From NCBI GenBank assembly GCA_010093605.1, contig MU004189.1:379834-443833 (forward strand): 64,000 nt of DNA, read 5' to 3'. Of this stretch, positions 25,857 through 40,916 are shown in pieces. The position numbers and the translations under genes are program-made. A model generated the notes under the pieces. It was not told the DNA's origin and did not search any database. It saw only the letters and a program-made list of their open reading frames with translations. The stretch is from Lophium mytilinum (taxonomy: Eukaryota). The first letter of the stretch is position 1, and each line of letters opens with the position of its first letter.

Positions 25857-28800
25857 CTAGGTCTGACCTGCACCTTTCGTCACCATGCGCCCAATTGCCG
25901 GCGCCGAACTACCAGAGCGCCCATCGGTCGACGCCTGAGCCACAGCTGGCTGCCGCTGGATTTGTGGCGCCATCTCCATCTCTTCTTCCTCGTCATCGAT
26001 CCAGGTCCAGTCCTCTTCGACCTCGGGCGTGGCGCCCTCGACCGGCTTCTCGCGGTGCCTGACAAGAGACCGGGCGCGGTCAAGCTCGCGATAGATAGTC
26101 TGAATTGCGACCCCAACTCCATCCTCCTGAGTGATGTTAGCTATCAAGTCGTGCGAAATAAGCATCTTTCTGGCATACCTTTCGGATTTTCTGGCCGAGG
26201 ACTTTGGCCCGAACGATGAGTCGTTCGCTGTTAGTCGCCTCCCACATCGCGCGACTGAGAACGCTGGTGTTGATTTTAGTCAAACATTTCCCGACCTGCA
26301 GGTCTTCTACACGCTGTCCATAGAAGAACTGATCACCAAAGAAGGGCTTGATGATGGTTGGTATCCCAGCGCGGAGACTAGCTCCGGTTGTGCCTGAACC
26401 GCCGTGATGGACAGCCGCGTCCATCTGCTTGAATAGCCAATCGTGCGGTGCAGACTGGATCTGGAATATCTCCGGCGGGAGTGGCATCTCCGGTTTCGAC
26501 GCGTCGCCACTGTTGAGCCTATGAGACCAGCCTTTCGACAGGACGCAACGAACATCAGCTTTGAGGACCGAGTCTACCACCGACTTCGTTAATGCCGCTG
26601 GGTCGTCAATGACGATGGAGCCGAATCCAACGTAGACGAGCTTCTTATTGTCATCGCGCGCCTTCTTGATGAAATCTACCAGGTCTTGAGGTGGCTCCCA
26701 CCCAGGCTCGTCCAAGAACCAATACCCGGTAATCCGGATCCAGTCCGGCCAGTCAAGAGGCGGAGCGACTACCGAAGGACTGAAATTGTAGAGAAACGGT
26801 CGGGAATTCTGCTGCATCTTACTCAGGCTCGTAGCCTGCAGTCCTAATTCGGTGGTTCTCCAGCGATTAACCTGAGATCGGATGGCCGCCCAGAAGACCG
26901 TGTCGAAGGTGATGTATGTGATGGAGTTGTAATTCCCTCCCATTTTGTGATCCAGCACTGTGAACGCGTGTGGATATGTTCTTGTTCTAGTCCAAGGCAT
27001 CGTGAACGCACGGAAATACGGTATTTCCAGTGCTTCGGCAATGTGGATACCCGCCATTGTGCTTGGACTCTCAATCAACAGATCGGCGCCCTGGCATGCT
27101 CTCCACGATGATCTACAAACATCGTCTAACCAACCTCGAAACTATACTACATATTAGCATACTCCTCATCTAGTAATACGAAATATCAAGATGTCTTACC
27201 TTCGAGTTCGCTTCTCTCATGAACGAAAATGTGAACATGCCATGTTCAACACATATTGCCATGAGTTCAGTTGGGTTTCCATCTACGGGCCGAAAGTCGA
27301 TACCGTGTTTTCGAATCCAAGGCTCAAATTCCGCATGAGTTGCAATGCAGCAATCATGTCCTTCTTTGATGAGGGCTTTGCAGAGAGCAATGTACGGCTG
27401 GACATCTCCTCGTGATCCGATTGTAAGGCACACAATCCTCATTGGCGCAGTAGGTTTGAAATCTACTATCGATGCTAAAGGATCATCGAATACGAGTGGT
27501 ATTCTTCCTTGCTCTATGATAATATTAGCTAGGTTCTGTAACAGAACAAAAGGTGTGGCCTTACCAGATTCACGGATGATCTGAGATGCCTCAAGTGGAG
27601 TGTCTAACTCTACTTTCTTTCGAGCTTCTTGCAGCATGTCGTGCTCTGTCTTCGCGGCCTCGTCGTCCGAGTTGGCATCGGGGCTATCGTCGCTGGCATC
27701 TTCCATATATCTTGTGCTCTCCAAGATTCTAAGAATGGTAACGGCGCAGTCGTCTCGGAAATCTGCGCGCGAAAACTCGAAAAATAGCTCTTCGTGGCCG
27801 CGAATTACAACGACGAGACCTTGCAGGCCTAGTCTGAAGCCCTTCTCTTTATTTACGGTCTCGATGTCCCGTAGGGGCAGTATGATCTGATCTTCATTAG
27901 TACCGGCCACAGAAATGACAGAGTGTTGTGCATACCTTGGTCCTAGATCCGATCATGAGACTCCTAAAGCAGAAGTAGTGATTACTCAGATATATCTTTC
28001 CGTAAGTAGGAAGCACTCGCTGAAGATGGCAAAAGAAAGAGGATTGAAGCTGCTCTGCTTCGGGCAGCGCAAAATGCTCTCGGAAGTGTTCGGCGGCCTT
28101 TACGGCATCCTCTTCGTCCTCTGCTCCACGCACCTGGTCCTCCGGCTGCAGGCCTTCTGCAGTGTTGTAGTGTCGCCTGCCGCCCGCCCACATGCCAGAA
28201 ACCTTCTCATAGTATCCCATAGATTCTGTCGCGAGCAGGTTACTCATCTTCTTCGATCGCGTTCTGATGAAACCCGCGAGCCCGGTTGCTTTCTGTAATG
28301 GATATGAGGCTGCGCCTACAAAGTCCTGCAAAGCTGACGAAGATCCCGATAACCTCCCGGCAGGTTGCTGGCCTTCGTTCTCCTCTAGCAGATGGGGCTT
28401 CGCGGTGGTTTCTCGGCTCTTGTTTGTATGCGACTGTTGTGGTGCTTTGCCGGCGCCAAAGGAGCGGGTCGTGTCTTGCGACTGTCTAGCAAACTTATCA
28501 AGAGAGGGATCCGAGACTGCCGACGTGGAAGCACCTTGATGGTGAATAGTCGGTCCCCGGAAAACATCGCTTCGGTTAAGGATTTGGCTGGCAGAGACGT
28601 TGCTTTCGTCAATAGACTGTATTGCGGCAGAAGACTCTGTGCCGGGATTAAGCGAATTCGACGCGGAATCAGACGAATCTTGAGGCTTTGCGGACAGTGG
28701 TGACTTGTCTCCAGCACCGTTGCGCTGGTGACTTAGACTGCGCCTGGCCTCCTGACTTGGACGACGAAAGCCACGCGGGGCATCCATACTTCGCCGCACA

Positions 28801-30555
28801 TCAGCGCTTCGGCGGTTCATATCTGAACTCGAGCGCCCGGACTCTCCACTTACTCGAGACCTCGATCGGGCAAGATGATCAGCGGGTAGGGGTGAGAGTG
28901 TGGCCCTAACATGCTCGCGAATCTGGGGGTTGTCGGCGGGGTTCATCTGAGCGGATGTGCGACGAAAGTCTTCAGATCGACCGGGGCGTGGAGAATTATT
29001 TAGTGCGCTCTGAGTCAACGTGTTCTGATTCAAAGCGCTTCCATGGTCCTGTGGTAATGGCGAGTCCACGTGGTTGTCATTATCGTTTACCATTATTCGT
29101 AATACGTTCAAAGCATCCTGTCCATGTGTGAAAAAAGAGAAAAAGTACTAGCGTAGTCAGTATCCATGGTTCGCGCAATAGAGATCTGTACAAGGGCTTA
29201 CATCGTCGACCGCAAATGTTTCGTCGTTGTCAATAACCCGTATCTTGACAGTATCGGCAAAGTCAAGAAGTGTGCTCTCTTCGATGTCCAAAACATTTTG
29301 AGTGGGAAGCGAGATCTTGACACTGTTGCCATCGTTGTGGGTCCGGAAGATGACTTTTTGAATCGCGCGCACCCATTCCTTCGCACTCGCAGCGCTGTCG
29401 GCTTTGAACTGATAAGTGCGATCATCTGTAGTGATGCTGAAGAACGTTTCGTCTTTACTCGGATCTTTACGTTCCGCCACCAAAGCCGAGAGAGCGTACT
29501 GCAGGTTAATCTGATTCCGAGGGAAATACACCTCAGCAGGATTGGTGAAGTAGGATAAGACATCGCCTTTCAGCTTGAACCAGTATCGATTGTATTTCGA
29601 CCGCCCGCGCTTGGAAAGGTATCCAGTCTTGCCCACATCATGCTATCACCTGTTAGGCACAGCTAAGAATCAGATGAAGATGACGCTCACATGTTTCTTT
29701 GGAATATAGGCATAGAAGCATATGTGTCTCTGGGTTATATACATGTAGCCTTGGAGAAGGATGCTCTGTAGGAGCCAGCAGGGATATTCTGCACCTATTA
29801 ACGTAGTCCAAAAAAGTTCGGATGAGCCACAAACCAGATATGACTTCCTCCAAAGAATCAAATTCGAAAATCTCCATCAATCGTTGTGCAAGCGTGACCG
29901 GAGCCTTTGCTTTCGAGGAGCTTGACGTGCTGCCGTGTCTACTCCGCTGAGGTTCAAGAGGCAGTCTCTGTGCTTCTGGCTCGGGTAGAACCTTGGTCCT
30001 AATCTTCTGCTTGTCCAGTATATTTTCCTCAGAGGCATCCGTGGGGCGGGGAGGGAGGATTTGCGAGGAACTCATGGGATCACTGGAGCGGTCCTTCTTG
30101 CTTTCCCTCCGCTTGATGTTCAGTCTGGGTAAGGATTTGAGTAACTTGTTCTCAGACAGACTCTTTCGATGCTTGCTATCCTTCTCTTTTGTGTCCTCTG
30201 AAGTCCCTGCAGAATTGTCCCAGGTGCTAATTGTGCTCAGTCGGCTAAGTCTTGCAGCTCCGTCAAGACCGTGATAACGCGAACTGGGTCCACCCTCCTC
30301 ATCACTATCGCCAGAGTCGACTTCGTGTGTGGTGCGCAAGTCTGTCTGCGATCGACCGCCTGCCCTGGTAATCATGGAGAACAAGGACTGGTTCATGGCC
30401 ATGGTCTCCTTGCTCTTGGGAGCTGTCACGTCTTCCTGCGCATCTTCGCCGTCTTTAAATCGCTCCGGTATATCCAAAGAGACCCTCTTGTGCTCCTTCC
30501 GCCGCTTGGTCAGCTTGCGGCCGACCTTCTCTTTGAGGCCATCCTCAGACGCCAT
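25857..30555 (-). CDS. ATG26: Sterol 3-beta-glucosyltransferase (GRAM-PH-GRAM-GT28-UDPGT), multi-exon
   Basis: [19 protein letters not shown] (GRAM), GYLSKRG...[12 protein letters not shown] (PH), [30 protein letters not shown]...[27 protein letters not shown]. Confidence 0.96.
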
Positions 30556-31328
30556 CGTGTATGTCTTTGCGCGTTCGCTCGGGAGCAGTGGTGGTGGAAT
30601 GTCGGACTTTCTTGACGGGTGACGGGGAACGAGCAGCGGCAGTGTAGGCGAGGAGAGGGGTATTTGCTGGCACAGCGGAGTGCTCTGCTATAACAAAGTG
30701 GAGATGGAGAGCTCTGCTTCAGGCAGTCGTCAGTGCTGGTCGTCACATATTGGATGGAACGGACGCGCTGACAGCAGAAGTTCGCGACCTACCCTGTGAC
30801 AAAAGCAAGTCCCAACGGTAGGGTGCAAGTGACTGCCTTGAGCCAAGCCAGCGGCGAGATAAGAGAGCGAGGGCACCATGCAGAGTGCAGCCGCCTAGAA
30901 GAACTATGATGGTAGGCAGCGTTTCTGCGCCTCGAGCAGTTGATTGTGCTGGAATTTGCGGAGTTTAGCCCATGATTCGATCTTATCGTCAGAGTCCCTT
31001 GGTATCGCGGAAGCTCCAGCCACACTTGAGCCACGGGGAGAACCTCACAGGGCATCATCACATGTTCAGTTGCACAGCAATTGTTTGGTTCCAAAATCCG
31101 GTCCTTCCGAGGTTGCATTCGCCCATGTACATAATGATGAATAATAGCAAGCCAAGGAAAACTAGCCAGTGCAGTACAGACATCCTATCGCATAATACAG
31201 CTACAATCTGAACCAAGCGCCACGACCGACCTCTGCCACAAGCTTCGCAATCTGGAAGCTGTAGTTTGCCCTACGTTTGCTAGATTGCATCTCCTGGGGA
31301 AGTCCAGTCAGTTGCCGAAGAGCAACGC

Positions 31329-32711
<1,383 letters not shown>

Positions 32712-33543
32712 GATGAAAAGAAGCTGCAAATATCAAACTGGACAAAGTGCAGCGGGTATGAGTGATGGAAAGAGGACCGCGATGGATGGTTCTCGCGGAC
32801 TTGTGTGTTGTGGAGGAGGGAGAGCTGGAGTACCTGATGACGAGGCAAGCGCATGATAGCTCCGTTGCCACGGCAGGCACCACCGACTTGCGACAGCCAA
32901 AAGCCGCTAACCAGGGGTCGTATCTGCTTGCGGCCCTGGGGCTATTCACTAGAATGGCCATCTGATCTATGTAATTGCAAGAGCCTGAACACGAATACAA
33001 TCTTTTTGGCTAGCTTTGATTCTTGTACCCGAATTAGGTTCAAGTGGTGCTGCGCCCATTGCTCATATGGTCTGACTGGAGTATAAACGACTTCTACATA
33101 ATCACGTGACTCGTGCTTGAAACTGATCATCAGCTTCTTATACGTACACGAGGCTAGAGAGTGTGTATCCTAGGACGGGATGCATTAGATGAATCTGTAT
33201 ATGAAGCCGTCGATTGTGTTTCTGTTCAAGAAAGCTTGATAACGTTCAACGGCTGTTTGTCACTGTCATGGGTTCGTCAAAGCGCACTCTAAAAACCGAG
33301 GGAGATAGATGTATATTATATAAACAAGCTGAATTAAGCTTTCCTTGTAAAGATGCCAAGCTTCTTGTTATATACCAACAGCTCGTCTTCAAATTATGTC
33401 CTTTCTCTGACGCCAATAGTGATAATTAGTATGGACAGGCCAGGAAGCCTCTCCCTAGTGAAACAGGCCGACATTGTTGAGGGGGCAGAGGTCTCTACAG
33501 CCGTGCCATAGAGAAACATAACGAGACAGCGACTGAAGTTCAC

Positions 33544-34359
33544 TCAGCCCTCTTCCCACGGCGGATTCCCAGCCCACATCCTCTTCCCATCCTGCTCCAG
33601 CCTTGCCTTCACCTCGCTCGCCAGCTTCCATTCTCGCTCATTCCACGCCCCGTTACTATTATCCTCCCAAATCCCCACAATTGTCAATATCTCCATGTAC
33701 GCCGCATCCGCCTGCTCCATCTTCGCCTCCACATGTGGCCTTAGCGGCGCCCGGACTCTCCTATCCGCCCAAATTGCCATATCGAGCTCGTATTTCCGGC
33801 GTATAAGCTCACGAAGCGACCGCAACGACTCAGGCGACGTCATGCGAAGCAGCTTGAGTTTGTTCTCGCGGCGCTGGAACTCGCGCTCCCGGGCCATCTG
33901 CTCGCGATTCTCTTTCTCTCGGCGCTCATCCTCAAGCTGGGCGGTACGCTCGCGCTCAGCCGCAAGGAGGCGTTCGTGCTCAGATTGCCGCAGGCGGTCC
34001 TGCTCCTGGCGTGCCTGTTGCTCCGCCTGCCAGCGGCGCTCCCGAGCGGCCTGTTCAGCTGCGAGGCGGCGTTGGTGCTCTTCTTGCTGGCGACGGTGCT
34101 CTTGCTCCGCGCGGGCTTGGTCCTCTAGGTAGCGGCGGCGCTCATGCTCGGCGATTTCTTGTTGGCGTCGGTAGTCTTCTTCTTGCCGTCGGAGTCGCTG
34201 CTCTGCGCGAGCTGCTTCTTCTAGGCGGTACTGGCGCTCTACTTCTATGGCTTGTTGGTGCTGGGCCGCAGCCTGCTCGCGTTGGAGGGCCATTTGGAAG
34301 AGCATGTCAGCTTCGAGCTTCTTCTTGCTCTTAGTGAAAGGGTTTCCTATGGTCGGCAT
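33544..34359 (-). CDS. Intronless hypothetical protein: E/R/Q-rich charged helix plus ~95-aa Trp-rich C-terminal domain
   Basis: 271-aa ATG-initiated ORF; residues ~25-170 almost entirely E/R/Q/A; C-terminus LRELIRRKYELDMAIW...NPPWEEG. Confidence 0.8.
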   Translation of the reverse strand: MPTIGNPFTKSKKKLEADMLFQMALQREQAAAQHQQAIEVERQYRLEEAARAEQRLRRQEEDYRRQQEIAEHERRRYLEDQARAEQEHRRQQEEHQRRLAAEQAARERRWQAEQQARQEQDRLRQSEHERLLAAERERTAQLEDERREKENREQMAREREFQRRENKLKLLRMTSPESLRSLRELIRRKYELDMAIWADRRVRAPLRPHVEAKMEQADAAYMEILTIVGIWEDNSNGAWNEREWKLASEVKARLEQDGKRMWAGNPPWEEG

Positions 34360-35257
34360 TTTGGATTCGAAAGTGGACCTGTTGAATCAGGGGAACGTGA
34401 TAGCCTCGTCTTGAGTGGAGGTACAGATTGAACTCGAAGGTGAAAGCGGCAGGCTCCGGCTTGAGAGTTTGCAATATTAGAATTGGAAGCTGGATGTCTT
34501 CATAACACTCGACAGGCTGTGTGATTCGAGTCTGCTGGGCCTGAACGGTGTTTGGGTGGGTATTCGGGAAAAAGGCTAGGAGCATCCATAGAGACGTTGA
34601 TAGTAGGACGTGGGCAGAGGAGCGCGAGGGGAACCAACTCCGCTTGAGCTCAGCCTCATAGATCAATGCCCTTGTGTCGAAGCGAGCCACGTATCACACT
34701 AGATATAACAGCGAGCCTAGCAGTGGTCCGGCTCTTTGCGAACCGTTCCGACATGCGAGCCTTCCTGCAAGGCTGAGGTTGAGGCAACCAGTGGGGAAGA
34801 ACCCAGGGCTCTGATTGGAGCTGTTTATCTTGTTGCCCAACATGTAATGGACGCATGAGTGCCTTAGTGCCTTGATAGCGCCGGATATAGTCTAGTGTAT
34901 TCATGTCGAAGAGACCAGGCTGAGAGAGAAGCAATATTCATCGAATCGTATTCCTTGATCCATGCATACTCGCCTGCAGTAATGCCATGCTCAAGCGCTC
35001 GTGATAACTCTCCGCAGGCTGCAACATGTGCCTCGCTGTTCTTGCAGCCCACTAAAGCAGAGGCTGTGTGCATATGATAGCCACTATATTGGCCTTAACG
35101 ACATGTCTCAATGCGTCTCCCGGAAGCTTCCCGGGAGTTCGAACGAGGAGTTACTGTGGGTCTCCATATGCCCGCGATATGGCAAAGCTTCAGGGCGTAC
35201 GCTGTCTGTTTGGTGTAAAGTTAGACGATATTCGTGCTATCTGGGGGCGCTGAAAGA

Positions 35258-37870
35258 CTAACTCCACGACCGTGTTGAGCTCTTACGGCCGACGTCCTCG
35301 ATTTTGACTTTGCAAAGCTCGGTGTCATTCCAGAGAATTTCAACGGTCACCGTCGCTCCAGACATGACCATTTTACATGTCAGATACGTTTCGTAGTACA
35401 ACGCTTTGTTTGTGGGGTTTTCGGCTCGGTCGAAGTTATCCAGCGAAATCGTGGATAAATCGTATGTGAGAACGGCAACTTCTTTAAGCTCTATCGGGTC
35501 ATTAGTAAAAGTCCAGAGCATTCGTTAGAGCTCGGGATGGACAATACCTTCTCGTGCATTTTGGAAACGATCCGGAAGATCATCATCTTCGTACTCGTAG
35601 ATGGACAGCTTCTTCTTGCGTTCACCGGCCTCTACGGTGCCTTGGAAGCTGACCCTGAATTCTTTGGAAGACGTCCTGCCTTCATCGGAAAGTATGAGGT
35701 CCCCTTTCTTGACGAGCCAAGTGATCTGACCTTGAGCCTTCACGTCGCCGGTAACAGTGTCTGTATAGCGATCTTCGAGGTGAAACATGGATCCACGGAA
35801 GGTTTCGTTGAGCACAATTCCATAGCTTCGCGGGCAAGTCTTCATGTACACCACGTTTACGCGATTGGTTTTCTCAATGCCGTGGATTACGGCACCGCGT
35901 ACAACTGCTGTCCACCTATTTGGCCAATCAGTGAAGCCCAGCGCGAGATCTGGGGAACACGTACGACGTATCTGGTCTTCGCAACTCAACATTTCGAAAC
36001 TTCAAAGCGGCCTGAAGCTCGGCTTCTAGATATCGCGACTCCCCGAATCCACCGATCAAGAAAACGTTCTGCCGAATCAAGTATATTAGCAATCAATGAA
36101 AGCCGCAAGGAGATTAGCTGGAGTACCTTCAAGCGCCGACCTTGCCTTTCAATCTGTTGGAGCTGGCCTTGGTAGAGCTCAATTACACCATCAACACACG
36201 GATCGAAAAATGACCTCATCTCTTCACTACTAGACATTAGCTTACGAGATGACGGGATGAATTGAGAGTCTACCTCGTGATAGTCAATTCCCCTAGATTG
36301 ACCTTCCCGGCAATGGATATATTTTTCAGCGGTTCAGGAAGCTCAATCTTCATCGGCGCAGATTTTAGGGAGAAGTTTTTCTTGTGTGCGTCAAATTGTT
36401 TGATCACGAATCGCATTCGCCGTCCTTCGCTGATCGTGCTGATCCTATTGCGACTGTTGTTTTGGTCAAGCTGCTGGAAGTATCTTTCCCCCAGGATATC
36501 TCGAAGCCAAAGCTTGAAGTTGGTGTCAATATACGCAGAACCGCTTTTGGAACCTAAAGAGTCTTGAGCAGTGGTCTCGCCTTCTGAACATCTAATGACA
36601 CTCACTGTATGGGATACCGGTAAGTTCGAGCTCTAGCGTTGGCTCAAGATTCGTAACTCTGTATGAAACAACATCCTAGGACTATAATCAGTGACGAGTG
36701 CATCACTATCAGACTTGAGACCACTCACCACGGTGCCACCTCCCGCGTCGCACAACACGAAGCATTCGCCGATCTTGAGTCATCAGTATATAGTAAACGC
36801 TCGAACTGAAAGGACTTACTTTGAGAAAATCCTTCTGCATTTTAGTCTTCAGGTATCTTGCCGTATACATCGCTGCTGCTTCGGGCTCGGTTACCATGAT
36901 AATATCCTGGAGTTTAGGAAAGTTCTGTTCATTGAAGCCAGCATTTCTGATTGCCCGCAGTGTCGAGTTCTTTGCTCGGTAAGCCCAGTCCTAATTACAA
37001 TATCAGCAAAGAGGCGTAGAGCGCATTTAAGAAGGGTCCTACCACAGGGACTGTGACAACAATATCGACTGTCAAGCGCTGACGAATACCCTGGTCTCGA
37101 ATTTGCGTTTTTAGATTTGATTCTAACGCTTGGTATACTTTCGTGAGATAATCAGTCACAATTTCATCGGGACTTTTCCAAGTGTATTCTGGATACCCGC
37201 CGGATGCCCGAACGTAGTTAAAACTGAGATCTTTCATGCCGTCTAGCACTTGAAGAATCAACTCCAGCTCGTCTGACTTGTTGTCTTGAACGTCAAGCTC
37301 CAGCTTGGTGTTGATCATAGTCACAGCGTCAGGGCTCAAGTCATCTCCCCATTGCTGCTGACCGTTTGGGGCTGGGGAGTATGAATAAATGCTTGGTACT
37401 TTGAGGCTGTTACTCATGCGTGCACCCCAATTGTCGATAACTTTGATCTCATTGAGACCGGCCTCATCTGATTTTGGGAGAGCGAACGCGACGCCTGGAT
37501 AATTTCATTGTTAGCGAACAGCCTATACCGGTGGAGAATTGTATATACCGGTGAAGGTAGTGCCAAAATCAATGGCAATCACCAGTCGACGAAGGGTGGC
37601 TTCGTCAAAATTAGTGTTCAAGCGGCCAAGAGGGGCATCATCGAAGTCAGTTTCCGAAAGCCCTGATTGATCTTGGTATTTGTACGAGGGAGTTGAGGCT
37701 TCGTCAAAATCTTCTTCGAGGAGGTCATCGTTTAGATAGTCAGGCTCTGTTTGCTCAGAGCGTGGGCTAACCGGAGAACCTCGTAAGCTTGCGGGCTTCT
37801 GCTTGGTGATAGGCGCTGGGGGTTTGGTCCTATTCGGACTAATCGGACTCGTTGCTGATCTGGACGACAT
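35258..37870 (-). CDS. Atypical Hsp70-family (HSPA12-like) actin-fold ATPase, multi-exon
   Basis: LVIAIDFGTTFTG (phosphate 1), KVPSIYSY, VVTVP, TEPEAAAMY, CDAGGGTVD, GSAYID, AVVRGAV, SYGI; no canonical substrate-binding lid or EEVD. Confidence 0.92.
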
Positions 37871-38464
37871 GGCTGACTTTTCCTCAAAGACGGATCAAGC
37901 TGTGTTTAAACGAAAGCAGTACAGATACAGTCGTGGAAGTTCGTGATTTCGGGTGGCTCGAAAATAACCTTTATTGAAGGCTTTTAAGGCTGACAGCACT
38001 CCAGTCTAGTTAACGCAAGGTCGAAGTGTGAATTAATGGGCCAGATCCTGGTGAAAGATGGCTGAAAGGCTTCCACTGAATAAAACTAGTTTGGGAATGG
38101 GCAGCATATGACCACAAAACGAATAACTGCCGGGGTTGCGTTAGTATGTTCATCGACATGAACGAGCTGTTGGGATAGCTGCTTCTTACCTAGATAGTGC
38201 ACTAGCCATGTGTGCATCAGGCTGCAGAAATTCAGGCAAAGAGGCAAACGATGGCGCAGTGCATAGTGCATACGCGCATGCAGTCGTGGCCAGATAAGTC
38301 ACCAGGGTCGCGAGGCTGAATCGCCGATCTTCAGTTGTTCTGGCCCAACCGACCTCCAAGTCGTATCTACTGTCTTGCAACTTTCAAGGCACACGGGCTG
38401 TAGGCTACTTCGCTCGAAAAAACGTCTGTTCTGTATTCCTTCTAGCCCACACAGAAAGCACATA

Positions 38465-40459
38465 ATGTCGACGGGGACATTCCGCACTCCCACGGACCTC
38501 GACGCTTCGAAGCGCGAATCTGGAGTTGAAGATCCGACCCAGCAATCTGAAATATGCATCTCGCCGAAGGAGAGACGTTGGTGGCAGGTCAGAAAGAAAG
38601 ACAAGGATATAAATTGGGAGAAAGAGTACAACAAGCTGTCGGCCCACTCAGAGCGCCTGGACGACCAACTCATAGACATGCAAAAAACAATGAGGGAGAA
38701 AGCAGCAACACTGAATCGGATGGGCCAAAGCGCGTTCAATGACGCGATACGCAATTATGACAAACCACTGGATATGGTGAGAGCTCTTTTGCAGGAGTTT
38801 GACGCCGCTCTGGAACGCGGATCAAAGTCAGATAACAGTTACCGGGTTGAGCGTCGCAGGGTAGAGGAGATGACGGAACAGCTTGTCCTAAAAGATCGGG
38901 ATTGGGAACATAAATGGCGACTTCACATGACTGAGGTGGAAAGAAAACAGGTCATGGATAGCCAGCATGAAGCCATGCAAAATCGAAAGATCCAGGAATT
39001 GACGGCCAATCTTCACAATTGCAACGTCTTCAAGGAGAAAGCTGAAAACGAGAGAGCTGCCCTCCAGTTACAGGTCAATGGCCACGGCTCCGACATAGAA
39101 CAACGCGAGATAGTTCACCGCGAAAGACTGAGTAAAGCAGAGCAGGACCTTCGAAATGAGCAAAGAACTCATGCTTGCGAGATAAAGGAGATTGAGGAGG
39201 ACAACGAGGACAAGCTCATTATGAAACAGAAGGATCACGATTCCCAGGTCAGAGTTCTGCGGAAAACGCTCTCGGACCAACAGAAGACGCAGAAGTCTAG
39301 GATCGATCTTATGAATACGGAGTTCGACGAAGAATTTCAGCAGCTGAAGCAAAAACAAAGTGAAGAGATTGATCAGCTGCACCAAAAAATCTCAGCAAAG
39401 GAGCAAGCCCACAGAGTGGAACTAGAGGCGTGCGAGAAACGTCACACACAGGAGGCGTTACGGCTAAAGAGGGAGTTCAAACAGATCCTGTCTCAGAAAC
39501 AGATAGCGCAGGCAGCCACAGAGAAGGCTCTACGAGAGGAGATTGCTCAATATAGTGGAGCGCTACTAACCCGGGATAAGAATGATTTTAATATGATGGA
39601 CCAATACGTCTTCGAACCTATGACGGATAGCGATATTGAGGCCAAGTTTGCGGATCTCGTCCAGGATGTTGACACCCTTTCGAGACTGGATTGGAAGCCG
39701 GATCCGAAAGGCTGGACAACCCAAGACCTTCGCAGCTTGGCAGAAAATGAGAGAATACTCAAGAAACAGATTCTGCAGGATAGCATCTGGAGCGTCCTTC
39801 ACAAATTCGTTTTTTGCAGCCCCTTCAGGGTGTTCGGGGAGAAGGGCGAATCTCTGGAGTCTGATTGGAACAAGGAATGTGGAGCAGGTACGTCCATAGC
39901 CTTAACCTGACTCACCAGATACTTTAAAGGGCTAATGATAGTAGACAATGAGCTGGACAACGGCGACTACGTTTGGCCGAAACCTCAAATGGAAACAGAG
40001 CGATGGCGATACATCACCATTCGAGAATGTAAAGCAGCTCTAAGGCAGAAACTACCCTCACAGTTTGACCCACGGTGGAAACTCAAGAAGGATTTTCAAG
40101 AATCAATCGAAGGTCTGAGGAAAAGCATTGTAGCGGCGCTTGAAGACTTGGTTGTGCTGGAGAAGGGCAGCCTTCAGATTTTGGATAAGATGGCAATGAG
40201 AGCTGCAAGGACGTGGCTCGACTTTGAATTACAGCGGTGCAGGGTTGTGGTACTGGTTCAGGGATCAAATTTGAGCGATGTGGAAGCGAAGGTGCAAAGA
40301 ACAAGAGAGGACGGCCTGGACCTGGTGATGGTGCCAAGGCTAATGAGGTTCGGCAACTCAAAAGGTGAGGGTCTTGACACGGGGGAAATCATCGCGGGCC
40401 GTGGGGGTGAAGTGGTCAGGATTGGGCGAGAGAGAAAGAACGGAGTTCGAGGTCCCTGA
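38465..40459 (+). CDS. Long coiled-coil protein with a globular C-terminal domain (intron ~39888-39944)
   Basis: ~350 aa of heptad-rich E/K/Q sequence, then F..L..DV..LS...IW.VL..FVF.SPF, ERWR..T, and C-terminal LVMVPRLMRFGNSKGE. Confidence 0.85.
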
Positions 40460-40916
40460 AATGAGGCTGCACGGCATATCTTCGGCAGAGACACTGTGAA
40501 TAAGCACGCTCTCATCGATACGTAGTCTCTCAGGATGAGTGAAAGAATGTCTCGTCTTAGAAGCCTATCGTCGGGATTGCTTCCAATGCCACAAATATGA
40601 CAACTTAGACGTGCATGTGAGAGTCGCACGGGGACCTACTATAGATCTGTCCGCATGAATCGTAACGCGGCTAAAGCGCAGTATTCTTAGCCGCTTCCGT
40701 TTGGGTTTCGGTGGACTCTAGGCGAGCATCGAGCATCTTCATTCTCCAAAGAACTTTGCGACGCCATCTGCCCCTCCGTCTCCTCCACGGGCTTTGCTAC
40801 GCCCCCCAAATTGTGCCCCTCCGTCCGCTGCTTTCGATCTGTCGTCTCCTCCCATCGTCGCCAGCCACGTTGGAGGACTCGTTCCGCTTGACCAAGCGTG
40901 GCCCGGCCATGAAAAC

